64,000 bases of DNA from Phoronis australis (GCA_002633005.1 NMRA01000465.1:284472-348471), one strand, 5' to 3'; counted from the first letter of the stretch, positions 38,617 to 50,787 are shown. The notes: generated by a model not told the origin, from the letters alone. Program-made: numbers and translations.

Positions 38617-41600
38617 TTAACACAATGAGAGTTGACCCTTAGTTTCTTTAGGGCTTTTATTGCTGCCTGGCTATCTCAAAAGATGGTAATTGGCCGATTG
38701 CCAAGATCAGTGTTATATTGTTGTGCCAGTTGAGCAGCTGTATTAATTGCAGTGATCTCAGCCTGAAACACCGTGGCAAGATTGCCCAACGATACCCAGT
38801 TTTCTGCATCTGCAACAGGAAGGCTTGGAAAGTAGACCCCAGCACCTGTCTGGCCATTTTCCAGTTTAGAGTCGTCCGTATAACAAACCACCTCATTCTT
38901 GTGTTCTGCGGTAGGCCATCCATCGCCAATTTCCGTGAAGAAATTGTTAGTATGAAAAAAGCTGTGACCTGGACATCACTAGGCATGTTCCATAGTTGCC
39001 CAGTCTTGGCCATTAGCTTATTACAAACATTCCTGTGGCTTCTGTGTGCAACGGAGTCAGGGATGTTAGTTTTCACCCACTGACCATAATATTTGAGACG
39101 AAGTGCAGCACATGCAGCTTCACCCTCAAGGTATATGTTCAGTGGTGGTAGACCGATTAGCATTTCTAGGGCTGCAGAAGGCGTTCCTGGAAAAGCAGAG
39201 GTTATGCACAGACAAGCTAGACGTTGCAGCTGTCTAAGTTTGTTGATAATTGTAACCTGTTTTAATGCCGTTACCCATATCGACGAAGCATAGGACATTA
39301 TAGGTCGGATAACAGCAGTATAAATCCAGAACATATTCTTGGGAGACATTCCCCAAGTTTTACCCACCACACGACTGCATCTCACCAATGCAGATTTGGC
39401 TTTTGAGAGTCTGTAATATGCGGGGTCCAGGAAAGACGATGGTGTAAAATGACACCTAAGTAAGTCGCCTTGTCTACAAGATCAAGATGTTTACCATTCA
39501 GCGTTCAAGGCCTCATTGACCATTTAAGCTTCCAAGTGAACATAATCACCTTTGTTTTGCTACCACTAATTTCTAAGCCGACTGACTTAGCCCATGTTGC
39601 TGTTGTATTCAGTGCTCTTTGAGCAAGATAGCGACATGTGTCAGGATCGATGCTTCACTCACTGAGAACAATATCATCTGCATAGGCTTGAACATACAAG
39701 CTTGGACCCATGTCAGTAGATAATTGTCGAAGCAAACCATCCATAACCATGTTAAAGAGGTTGGGTGAGGCAGCGCCACCCTGAGGTGTTCCTCTGGTGA
39801 TGCGAACCGCCACTCTCATATTGTCTAAACAAGCAGTCACAGATTGACTTCCTAGCATGTTAAAGATCCACCTGGTAAGACACCTATTCACTTTAAAGAG
39901 GTTCAGTGCAATTCGAATCGCATCATGCTTAATATTGCTGAAAGCACCAACAAGATCAATTAAGGCACAGAGGGCAAATTGTTTATTAAAAACAGCCCTT
40001 TCCAGTCTAGCAACCAGATGATGTAGAGCGGTCTCCGTAGAGAAGCCAGGCCTACAAGCATACTGATTGTTCTGACGTTTGTTCTGTATTCCTTGTTTAT
40101 CAAGATGTCACAGAATGAGCCTTCCCAGTCCTTTGAGAAGAAAGGATGTTAAGGTTATAGGCCTAAATGATTCAGCCAAAAGGTATGAGTTCTTCCCTGG
40201 TTTAGGAATGAAGACCAACCTAGCTTCAGTCCAAATCTTAGGGATATAACCTAGTCAAAGACTGGCTTTGTAAGTTGCTGTAAGTATATGGAATAGTGGT
40301 ATCCCAGCTTCTTGCAACATTATAGGATATATCATGTCTAGTCCTGGGGTCTTCCATGGTTTAAAAGACTTTAGAGCTAACTCCACGAGATGTGGTGTGG
40401 CTATGTTTTCAACATCAGCATAAGCTAGTGGTTCACACTCCTCGGAGTCTGTCACTTTTGAATATTGGTTCGACAGGTTTACACTATCAGGATAGTGCTT
40501 ATCCATCATGACTTCGAGTGTTTCCTCAGCGGAGCGTGTGTATGAGCCATCCTCTTTTTGAATGACCTCGAGTGATTCTTCTTAAGCAATTGGATCAGCC
40601 TTGCAGATGCAGAGAGGCTGTTAGTTTGCTGACAGAAATTCCTCCAGGAATTGCACTTTGCTTTGCGTGTGGCAGACTTAAACATACGATAGGCAAGATG
40701 ATATGCATCCCAGCACTCGTCAGTGTGAGCCCGAATTGCTGCTCTGTGAGCTTTACGTGCCTTACCCCGAAGTGCTGCCAGTTCTTTGGTCCACCAAATC
40801 TGTTGTTTTGGTTTCCCAGTGACCTTAATACAGCGTTTGGGGCAGGAAACATCTAGTGACTTGGTCAGGGCATTGTTTATGTCATCTGCCAATTTGTTAA
40901 CATCAGAACGAGTCCTGATATTTGTTATTCCTAGAGTAGAAAGGAGTTTGGAAACCTTTGAACGATAGAGTTCCCAGTTCACCTTATTGGTGTACCTATA
41001 CTCAGTAAATAGTGGAACAACGAAAGTCGCCACTTCAAACCTGATGTATCTGTGGTCAGATAAAGAAGGTGCAGAATCCACTCTCCAATTAGTTACCACA
41101 TCAACAGCAGGCAAATTAACCAGAGTAAGGTCTAGAACCTCCTGCCGGTTTCTGACAACAAATGTGGACTCATGGCCCTTGTTGCATATTAAAAGTTGTG
41201 AGCTGACAATAAACTCTAGAAATGCCTCACCTCTTGTGTTGGTGTTAGTGCTGTGCCACAGCTCGTGATGTGAATTGGCATCACAACAGATAACCAAAGG
41301 GATATTCTTGGCTCTGCAGTGATTGGTGATTTGTTGCAGTTTAGCTGGGGGTGGGTTCTCGGCGGAGTCCCCTGGCATATAGGCTGAGACCCACCATACT
41401 GTGCATATTAGACCATTTGGTCTTAATGTATCACAGTAGACTGCCACAGTGTCCCTGTCACAAAACTCAGGAAGGATTCTTGAGGTTATGTCCTTGGATA
41501 CCTGAATCGCATCCCTGGGCTTGATGTTGTTACCCAGTGAAGCAATATAAGATTTGGCATTCCTAGGAGTGTTCATCATCGCGCTTCCCTGACAGCACGG

Positions 41601-41928
41601 CTCTTGTACAAAGGCCATGAATAGGGTATTGCGCTCAAGCGTCTGCTGCAGAAGCACTGATGGGTTGTTGGCCCGGTGTAGATTTATCTGCCAGATTTTA
41701 ACCTCATGATTCATTTCATCATGTTAAGAATATACCAGTGACTTTCTATCCAGACTCCACATCACTCGTGAGTGGGGAAGGAGCCAGAGAAGATTCGTCA
41801 TTGGATGGCACAGGTTCAGAAGCCTCAGCAACATTCTCTACCTCAGTCGTTTCATCACCCAGGTCCATTTCTGCTGACTTTGTGGTGGGCACACAGTCAG
41901 CTTCCATGTCCGAGGTTGATATCCCTTC

Positions 41929-43011
41929 TTAGGCCTGGACAGAAGCTTTGGCCCACTTACTGCTTTTGTCCCTAGCTCTAAAAAGCACACGCCCAGCAAA
42001 GCCACACCAGGGACGAAAATCCATCCCCCGGAGAACCTGCCAAGCGGACTCTTCAAAGGCTAGGACAATGGTGAATCCCTTAGAGAGATATTTTGACGTT
42101 GGTTCGATGGCAGTCATTGACACCATATGAACCTTTGTCATATCCAGGTCATCGTTGCACTCCTCATCCTTATTAGAGGCAACTTCCTCTGACACATGAA
42201 AGAAGGCCTTGAACACAGGAGGTAGATCGCCTGGACCCATCACGTGGTACCCTGACCTGTGAGAGTCAGAACCATCAGGAGTAAGTTCCTTACACTCAAG
42301 TTTGACCCAGTCACAGGCAATCGCCAGTTTGCCCTTTTCAAGTCTCACTGACTTAATATGAAGCGGTACACGGGGTCTCTGAGGTTTGACAAATGCCATC
42401 TGTAGTCGGCGCTTCAGACGCTTAGCCTCGTCCTCATTTAGTGGTGGCTCACCAGCCTTTGCAGCCACAAAGACACTAAGACCTTTCTTAGCCACGCTAG
42501 CATGAGGTAGTTTATCCACTTTAGCCACTTTGGTGGGTGGTTTTGAGGATGTCCCAGGAGTCGAGCTGTCAGACTTAGGGCTCTTAACACCCTGCTGAAC
42601 ATCGATTTCTAGGTTTTCAAGCTTCTTCTGTGCCGCCTGGTTATCCCGCTTTGTCTTCCGCCTAGCACCAGCAGAGAGACGGTGGGAGCTGCCATCAGGC
42701 CCAGTTGAAGTCTTTCCACCACCATTCGATCCGTGAGGAGTGTCCGGGGCAGGTTTGGGGTTCGCGTCAGCAGCCAACCTAGCCGCTTTCACAAGCTTGG
42801 TAATCTCACTTTCCACTCTTATAGAAGAGTCCAGTGATTTCCCAGAGCAAGCGTCCACAGTAGGGGGTGCTTCCACTTGCCTTATAGAATCTCCTAGGGA
42901 GGAGTCTTTGAGGCGGACGTCCATGGCCGCAAAGACCACATTCGACTGCCCTGTGCGCTGGTCACTTGAACCCTGACCAGGGTGGGTTATTGGTTTTCGC
43001 TGTGGATCCAT
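41929..43011 (-). CDS. LINE ORF1 (gag-like, 360 aa, resembles DUF4780-type ORF1)
   Basis: Open 360-aa frame upstream of ORF2; basic low-complexity N-half; GKLAIACD segment. Confidence 0.75.
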   Translation of the reverse strand: MDPQRKPITHPGQGSSDQRTGQSNVVFAAMDVRLKDSSLGDSIRQVEAPPTVDACSGKSLDSSIRVESEITKLVKAARLAADANPKPAPDTPHGSNGGGKTSTGPDGSSHRLSAGARRKTKRDNQAAQKKLENLEIDVQQGVKSPKSDSSTPGTSSKPPTKVAKVDKLPHASVAKKGLSVFVAAKAGEPPLNEDEAKRLKRRLQMAFVKPQRPRVPLHIKSVRLEKGKLAIACDWVKLECKELTPDGSDSHRSGYHVMGPGDLPPVFKAFFHVSEEVASNKDEECNDDLDMTKVHMVSMTAIEPTSKYLSKGFTIVLAFEESAWQVLRGMDFRPWCGFAGRVLFRARDKSSKWAKASVQA

Positions 43012-43638
43012 ATAGCAAGTATAGGTTATGATTCAGGTCTGCATCCCATTCACCCTATCCATAGGGTGCCAACAAAGCCCACCCAAAGGCTTTCCTGCAT
43101 CCGCAAACCTATAGGATCTGACACTGGTCTCAACAGCTCCCTCCCCTGGTTCCTCCAAGCGAGCATATGACCCCCAGCGAAAGGGCTTCTGCTGCAAATG
43201 GACTACCCAGGTTCAGCATGTCTACCTCCAAGTCCCAGAACCTCGCAACCTCCCAGGGCTAACCGTGCTCTAGTGCAACAGGCGCTACTCCGTGCACCCC
43301 GGTTTGCCCAAGATTACTTGATAGGCAAAGTTCTGTGTTGTTTACCACCAGCCGCAACTGGCTTAAGACTCAAGAACCAGGGTATTAGTTCTCAAGGGTT
43401 CCCGTGTCACCTGACCGGAGACAAGGGGTATCAACCGGACCCGAAGAGGTCAAAGTCAAGATACTCCTGACCAGCCGCCCCATAGGGGGATGATTGGGTT
43501 AGAGAGGCCTCCCACTCTAGAGCCACTGATCAATCACCCGAGAAAAGAGAATGCTTCCAACAAGGTTTTCGGCATCTCATATCGTTCGAAACAACAGTGG
43601 CTGCTAAAGACAGAAAACCCCCTTCCGCAACCCGATCC

Positions 43639-43850
43639 CGCACAGTTTAGTCTGAGTAAACCCAGTCCATGTGTTGCCGCGTGGAGGCACTGCACGACTC
43701 TTGTTGTGGGAGAAGCTATGTACTGACAGTCGAACTGAACAGCGGCGGAAGCTGAAATCAGAGCACTAAGCAGAGCTAGATACTACTACTAACTACACTA
43801 CCACACTAGACGCTAAGCACCACAACCTGTGGTCGAAACCACCAACACAC
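43639..43850 (-). ncRNA. HDV-like self-cleaving ribozyme at the LINE 5' end
   Basis: P1 GUGUGUU/AACACAU (G1.U wobble), P2 CGUGCAGU/ACUGUGCG, P3 GCC/GGC, L3 UCCACGC, P1.1 CC/GG, P4 CUGGG-UUUA-CUCAG, J4/2 ACUAA with catalytic C at 43650. G1 is the first base of the element. Confidence 0.88.
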
Positions 43851-45304
43851 AAGTAACAGGTGAACCTCTTTTCACATTAGCGCCTTTTACATGTGTATAA
43901 TCACCACAGGGTATAGAAACAAATAGCATCCCAGAGCTGAGATGGTACCTCTTCTGTAAACGTATGGCTGACAGCGACAACGCTCCACCAGTCGTTGGTG
44001 CTTTGAAACAGCATGTGCTGAGGATGTTTATTCAATCCAGAGTGTGGGGCAAGGCTGTCACTGCTCTACTGCAGTTTCTTGACTCATTACCGAATGAATT
44101 TACAAGGACAAAGATGACCAACTGAAGCATTCACAACTGAGGAGCTTCCTGCGCCAGAGGCTATCACTGAGATGGTTAGATGCCAATGCAAAAACAATTC
44201 CTCTTCTCAAAGATGCTCTTGACGATGTAAGGACCTTTTTTACACTGATCTATGTCAGTGTACTGCAGAATATCAGAATGGTGATGATGATATGATTCCA
44301 GGTGACAGTGATGGCTATAGTAATGATCTATAGACTGATTTCAATGTTTTGAAAACTATTGACACTAAAAACATACTTTCGTGTTCTTCAAACATGAATA
44401 AGTTGTTTATGTACTGGTTTAGTTTTAAGTGTCTTGAAGGTAACAAGCTCCGAACAAAATATACAAGAAAATAAGATATTGATTATGTGTCGGATAACAC
44501 GAAGAATGCATTTAGAAAATGTGGCTGCTCATAAATGGGGTTTTGATTATGTTTCTCATTTAATAAGTTGCGTTTTCAGATCTCTTGACCACAAAAATGT
44601 GGGTGAAGACATTAAAACTAACACTCTAAGTGACCCAAGAGCAATTAAGATACTGAGGAAAATTTATTTTACGGGCGTCATTTTTAAAAATCCAAGATGG
44701 CCTCCAAGATGGCCGCCAAAAATGGAATCAATTATTTTCTGATTTGCCATTCCATAAGGTTTCCAAAAATGTATAGTTTCCAGTATCCCCAAAAATTCCA
44801 ACAAAATTACACAACAAACCTGACTATAATCGATTTTACGTAATGAAATAAACAAAATCATAAACACTGCATCTTGTTTCATTAGGGTAACGATAAGGCT
44901 GTGGGGCCGTTTCAAGAATTTGGACAAGAAGTGAGTGCAAACTCGGGAAACGCCAATTCGCTGTCTTTGCAGCTGCAGTCGGAATCTGAATTACCGCCAT
45001 GCACGAAGACGTTTGGCCCAAAAAAGTTATATGCCCTCTTTGTTCTTTTGGCCGGCATCGGTTCTTCGCCCGCCATGATGAGATATTACCACACTCATTT
45101 ACATAAAAGAGTCTCTCAAAATGAGACTTTCATGAGAATATAATGGTGACTGGTTCTCGGATAGTTTCCGGCACACTGGAGTGCCTGAGGTTGTTTGTAA
45201 ATTAATACACCATTCGCATATTTACAGTTTAATGGCTATGCCCCTGGAGGAAGTTTTCCGATAAGCAAAATTGATTAAACACAGGACACTTTTCGTTATT
45301 AACG

Positions 45305-45610
45305 CAGTGGCGGATCTAGGTCACCATAAGTGGGGCCCATTATGTTACCTCCGGGTATTGGGCAAAGCGCAAATGCACGTGCACTGGCACAGGCAGCCTG
45401 GAAGTTGAAAAGCTATCGGTGGACTAAAAGAAGGGACTCGATGACACGATTCCACCGTGGTCTGGAGTATGAGCCCCCCTCCCTCGTCCTCTACCGGTTA
45501 TAGTTACTGAACTCAATATTTCCTGACGCTTCACGCTGTTGCTGTTTCATTTTGCTTGCGACAACCAAGGGGGGAGGGGGCGGGCTCCTTGCCCCCATAA
45601 ATCCGCCTAT
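45305..45610. mobile_element. MITE-like repeat (CAGTGGCGGATC...ATCCGCC); related copy near 19493-19650
   Basis: Short imperfect terminal inverted repeats with G-run/C-run subtermini. Confidence 0.45.
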
Positions 45611-46273
45611 ATAACAGTCGTTTTCCGTTCCTTTCGTGTGCTCGGAATAAAACTCTACACTGAACTGAACATTGGTGAAGTAACTGACCAAAAGACATGA
45701 TTAAAAGGTACACGATATTTCGCAACATACTGATTTCATTCTTAAGTGGAAATAACACGACGCTGTAATGTCACCACAGAGCATAAACCGGCGACATGCA
45801 CAGTGGGACAAGCAGGTGTGAAATACTGCAAAGCATGACAAATGAAGGGGGTAACAGGACAGTCATGCAAACAAGTGTAACGTGTAGCAAGACCAAGTAT
45901 GCTGCTCATTCAAAACAAGACTGCAATACTTTCAATTGCACAGTGTGGTGCTGAGAAATCAACATTGACAAATAAACAGCAGGTGTATTACCCGTTAAGT
46001 TAATTCCCTGAATTAAATGTTCCTCTTACATCGCACGAGGCAATAACTTGGAAAACGGTAAAATTTGCATGAACTCAAGATTTGATTATTAATTTTCACC
46101 TAACTAATCGAACATGTGTTTTAAACGTGAGAACTTATCTACATACTTATGAATGTGGAAATTATCTTCATACACTTGTTAGGTGAGAATACTCACGACA
46201 CCTATTTCAAAGATTCAACAATTAAGGACCCTCTCATTGTTGTTGAAATCTGTATTTCTTTCTTAATTTGCAG

Positions 46274-46384
46274 CTTGTTGCGACCATGATGAAGATTATT
46301 GTGCCATTTACGCTGTTGTTACTTGCTTAACTAACGAGCTTACAAGAAGGCAGTGTCCTCTTTCTTGTAGACTGTGCAAGCAAA
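46274..46384 (+). CDS. Gene 1 exon with one ShK domain
   Basis: tttgcag|CT...CAAA|gtaagt, 111 nt. CCDHDEDYCAIYAVVTCLTNELTRRQCPLSCRLCKQ. Confidence 0.88.
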
Positions 46385-47045
46385 GTAAGTGTTTTGTTGA
46401 TCCTTCCTTCGACACAAATCTTCTCAGTTCCGACGAGGATAAAATTGAAAACTTGCAAATGAAACACTATCCCTCGAACTGATCTCTTTCTTCTATTCAT
46501 TACTACCACTAACCCTGATTGTAATAGAAACATAACAGTGCGCTCAGAATTTCTACTCAAGTATGAATGGAAAACTACGAAATCGTATCGAACAAGTCTT
46601 TGAATACATGCACCTTTTTCATTTGATCTCATCAAATTGTCGTTAACGTGGTGACTTTACGACGAAAATTATGAATTCCTATGTATGTGGAATAACCTAT
46701 ATAACCTATATTTATCCCATATATGTGAAAACATGGATGTTGTGTACATATAGGTACATACAGGTACATAGGCATCCTATGGAGAATTCATTTCATCCGG
46801 TCTCGTTGGGACATTCCCAGATGAAATGAATTTGAAATAGGATATCGTATTAGTATTCCTATGTATGTGGGATAACCTATTTATCCCATATATTTGGACT
46901 TTTTGCATCATCGTGGCAATAACTCGTTGCCGTGTGATCCGGCTTGTTGTTATATGACGTTATATGTATGCAAAATACGGTAAGCTACAAGACATTCTGT
47001 GAAGTTGAGAGCATGAAAATTTTGAGACATCCAGTTGAGAAAACA

Positions 47046-47780
47046 GATCAAGTTTGAGTCTAATACTGGAATTAAAACTTACAAAAATTAGCGACGTTGC
47101 GTCCGCATCTCACGGACTTCAGCTTGGCTTGTGACGTTATTGTTATTCTAGCCAATTGGTGGCGTTTTCGCTAAACAGCGCGGCATTGACGTCAGTACAC
47201 CATCCCATACGTGTGACAAATCGAATCTTAAACTGCCTCTTTTATTTAAAGACGGACTCTCAATGCGCTCATGGAGAGCTTCTTTTACACCCCTTTTGAA
47301 CCAGTCTTTCTCACAGTCTAAAATAGTAACATCACATGTGGGCTACTGGACATCGATGTGAGCTACTGCACATTTGCGCTTCTGGACATGTGCGCTACTG
47401 GACATGTGCGCTACTGGACATGTGATCTCAATACGGGTGAGCTACTGCACATGTGCGCTACTGGACATGTGAGCTACTGGACATGTGAGCTCAATACGGG
47501 TGATGTTACTATTTTAGACTGTGAGGAAGACTGGTTCAAAAGGGGTGTAAAAGAAGCTCTCCATGATCGCATTGAGATCCCGTCTTTAAATAAAAGAGGC
47601 AGTTTAAGATTCGATTTGTCACACGTATGGGATGGTGTACTGAAGTCAGTGCCGTGCCGTTTAGCGAAAACGCCACTAATTGGCCGGAATAACAATAACG
47701 TCACAAGCCAAGCTGAAGTCCGTGAGATACGTCGTTAATTTTTGTAAGTTTTAATTCCAGCATTAGACCCAAACTTGATC
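47046..47780. mobile_element. Inverted pair of Penelope 3' ends separated by a 16-bp tandem repeat
   Basis: 47046-47335 is the reverse complement of 47500-47780 (ILDCEEDWFKRGVKEAL...PSLNKRG); spacer is (ATGTGxGCTACTGGAC)n. Confidence 0.85.
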
Positions 47781-48551
47781 AGTCTGTGAAGTTGTAAAGT
47801 TTTATTTCGTAATAAACTGAACGATATTTTAAGATTGTCAAATATACAAGTTAAAGCACTGAACCATTCAGTTATAACAAAAGTTTTTCGGAAACTTAGA
47901 AACAATCCATCCAGGAATATAAAAATTGAAACATTATATTCCCTGAACTGAGTTGTCTGCAACAGCTTGTGGTTTTAGCTTCGATGAATTTCTTAGTTTT
48001 CCTGTTCTATTTTCGTGTCTTATCTTCTAAATTGTAAATAGTAATAGAAACATTCCCCGTGTTGATCACAGCATTGGAAAATAATGATCGAAACAGTGCT
48101 GATTTGCAGAACTTGAGGTAAGGACTATCGCAAAGCAGAAGTTTTACGCCACGGCCGGCAGCGGAAAGTTGAACGCTGCGAGCAGACAATTGCCTCATTA
48201 AAGAAGCACATATTCGTTATTAGGTCTTGATTTCCTGCAAATACCTCAGAGATATCAGGGTAGACAGACTGCATGCATCCAAAACGAAACGTTTTTCTTG
48301 GATTTGAATTAGATTTTGGCAGATTTTACCAGCCGGTGACCTTACTTAATTTGACCTATTTATGTGTATGATGACCCGGATTGAAAGTTCAGCGAGGCCC
48401 AAAAATAACGGACTGATCACCGTGCGTCGGAATTTTCATCGGTTAATCTTTTCTGTTTTTAGAGCAGTAAAACTGCTTGTTCAGGAACGATGCCTTGAAT
48501 TAATGATTTAGGTAACCCAAATGATTGAGCCCAATAAAATTTGGCGTTGTA

Positions 48552-48845
48552 CACGCGAATTATTTACTCCACCAGTAGACTGCACACCAACCGTGAAATA
48601 CGGCTTATAGCGTTGAAGACGGCTTCTACCGTGATATACGGACTCTGGTTCTACTTTCCCGTATATCACAGTTGAATACGTCACATATACAATGGCCGGT
48701 TTTTCATATATATGGGTTAAGTCACGTTATCAACTGTAAAATACGGGAAAGTAGAGCCAATCTGTATACCACGGCGTGGCTTTATTTAAGTTAAAGCCGT
48801 GTTTCATGATTGGTGTGCAGTCTGCTAGTGGAGTAAATTCGCGTG
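48552..48845. mobile_element. Palindromic MITE flanked by TA
   Basis: TA|CACGCGAAT...ATTCGCGTG|TA; arms pair almost to the centre. Confidence 0.75.
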
Positions 48846-48849
48846 TACT

Positions 48850-49666
48850 AAAAAGGTATATGGACCAATTTTACCTTTTCCTCTAAAAACTATTATGTTG
48901 ACGAAAAGGGATGTCGGAATTCTTATCACATTTTGTGCAAAAATGATGTAACATTATCGGCACAAAAGAAATTTGAAATATTGGGATTTTCGCTATCAGA
49001 GATGTGGAACTTTTATTACAAACTTTCCACATGAATGTACGAATGACACAAAATTACTTTTCTTTCAGTTCCTCTTGCTGCATAGAATTCTACCTACTAA
49101 TTATTTTAAATAAGATTAGATATGCGGTATCAAATCATTGTACTTTTTGTAAATACTTTCCTAGACGTTAGAGCATTTATTTTTGAATGTGTGTGCATGT
49201 TAACTCTTTGTGGATGGGGTACGTCTCTGGTTAATGACTGCAATGCAAGTGAATTTTGAAAAAAATACAGCAAAACCACCATTATATTTGGTCTTCAAAA
49301 TGAACAGAATAGAGTTTTGAATTGGTTTCTTTTACAAACTTAAATTTTTATTTTTAAAATGAAGTTTGCTATTGTCAAACCTAACTCAACATGTCTTAAT
49401 TGTTTGAGGGTATGCTTTAATGTAGAATTCAGTGCTTTTTTCAACACACGGAAATTTAATGATACAAACAAATGAGAGGATTGGAAATGTGTTTTTGAAA
49501 TATGAAGGGAGCCATAGAATTGACCAGATGCCAGAACATAACTTCAATTCGTATTTTTAAAGGCATATATATGTAACTTGAAAGTAACAATCAAATGCTT
49601 TCTGGCTTTTTGCACAGTTCTATACTACGTCGTTGTGTTTGTTGTACCTGTTTTGTAATAAAAAGT
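48850..49666 (+). mobile_element. 3' fragment of the same L1/Tx1 family as 24390-25220, in opposite orientation
   Basis: Long visible match to the reverse complement of about 24440-25220; ends AATAAAAAG. Confidence 0.85.
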
Positions 49667-50084
49667 TAGTATACAACGCCAAATTTCACTGGGTTCGATC
49701 ATTTGGGTTACCTAAAACATTGAAAAGGCAGTTTTACTGCTCTAAAAACATAAACAATTTATCGATGAAAATTCCGACGCACGATGATCAGGCGGCTATT
49801 TTTGGGCCTCGCTAAAGATTCAATATGGGTCTTCATAATTAGGTCAAGCTACATAGCTTCCCCAATGCTGTGATCAAAAAAGAGGAAATGTTTCTATTAC
49901 TATTTATAGTCCAAGAAGACACGAAAATACACGAAGAAAATTAATAAGTTTATCGAAGCTAAAACGACACATTGCTTCACAACTATTCAGCGAATTTTAT
50001 AATCCCGGAATTAACATTTTTAAGTTTCATACAAACTTTTTTGTACTTTTTAATGGTTCAGAGAGACACCCCTTGGGTGACCCT

Positions 50085-50325
50085 TGGTGGTCTTAATTCA
50101 TTTCACATCGTACAAATTCTCCCGTAATCAATTCATTTTGAGCAGTCCTTCGATCAAATGCCCCAATCGGCAAAATGCGATTTTTACCACTGCGCGCGCC
50201 GAGAGTTATGACGTCGCATTGTAAAATTGGCCAGTTGCCGATTTGGGCAACTGAACAACGGACTGCTCGGAAAAAGTTTGAATACGGGATTATTTATTCG
50301 AGTTGGAGAGAATTAAAGACACCGA
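50085..50325. repeat. Degenerate palindromic MITE-like repeat
   Basis: GAGCAGTCC...CCAATCGGCAA / TTGCCGATTTGG...GGACTGCTC inverted arms. Confidence 0.5.
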
Positions 50326-50787
50326 CAACCATCTTAGATGTAACTCTATGTGCAACAGGTAGGTCTACTTAAAGCAACGAAACTTTGATGTTTTAATCAG
50401 TGGGAGCTAGGAATAATTTACCGAAAAGCTTACGTCGTATGGAGTGCCTATGGAAGCTTTACTATCTCGAAAGCCTATTGAGACGGTAGTCATCATCTAC
50501 CGGCGCTTGAGCTGAAGTGAGTGTCAAAGAGGGAATATCTGGTAATTACATGGGGTGTCAAATGTCACTTTTAATGTGTGTCATGTATCAATGAATTGGT
50601 AGTTCATGCGTTTCGGGGGTTCAATAAACAGTTAGCGTGGCTATGCCAGTGTAAGAGTATGTCAGTAACACTCCTATGGGTTGAAAAATCCCTTGCTCGA
50701 TTGGCGTGATGACAAACCAAGCGTCAAAACTTTACTAGTAACCTTTTGCAACAGTCTCGCTTTCCAACACACCTTGTTGCATTACAG

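Larger units (their letters stand above)
36973..41714 (-). pseudogene. LINE ORF2 (APE endonuclease, RT, RNase H, CCHC finger), frameshifted and interrupted
   Basis: QINLH, CDANSHH, TNTRG, LSDHRYI; FRPITLTSFLLK, GTPQGG, QAYADD; YTDDSK...TVFQAE (RNase H); LTGH...CPEC...ESPKH...CPA. Confidence 0.92.
36857..43850 (-). mobile_element. Full-length LOA-clade (R1 group, Lian-like) non-LTR retrotransposon
   Basis: AAGTAA TSD at 36851-36856 and 43851-43856; removing the element restores the host Academ frame (AYEV|TGEP). Contains ORF1 and an APE-RT-RNaseH-CCHC ORF2. Confidence 0.9.
35221..44826 (+). mobile_element. AcademX-type DNA transposon (internally deleted, degenerate) hosting the LINE insertion
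   Basis: Imperfect TIRs of about 240 bp (TTGTCGGGTT.../...AACCTGACTA) and 3-bp TAA TSD. ORF remnants FSPDIDLLVL, ALPAFHAFT (XPG/PIN-like), LRWYLFCK, PP..GALKQH and a C-terminal Cys-rich finger (VRCQCK...TDLCQC) at about 35860-36856 and 43857-44330. Confidence 0.78.
47852..50061. mobile_element. Long foldback/MITE-like palindromic element with central insertions
   Basis: About 47860-48551 is an imperfect reverse complement of about 49667-50061. Confidence 0.7.

Noticed and set aside
47336-47499. CRISPR-like array
   Set aside because: Contiguous 16-bp tandem units without unique spacers, no cas genes, eukaryotic context.
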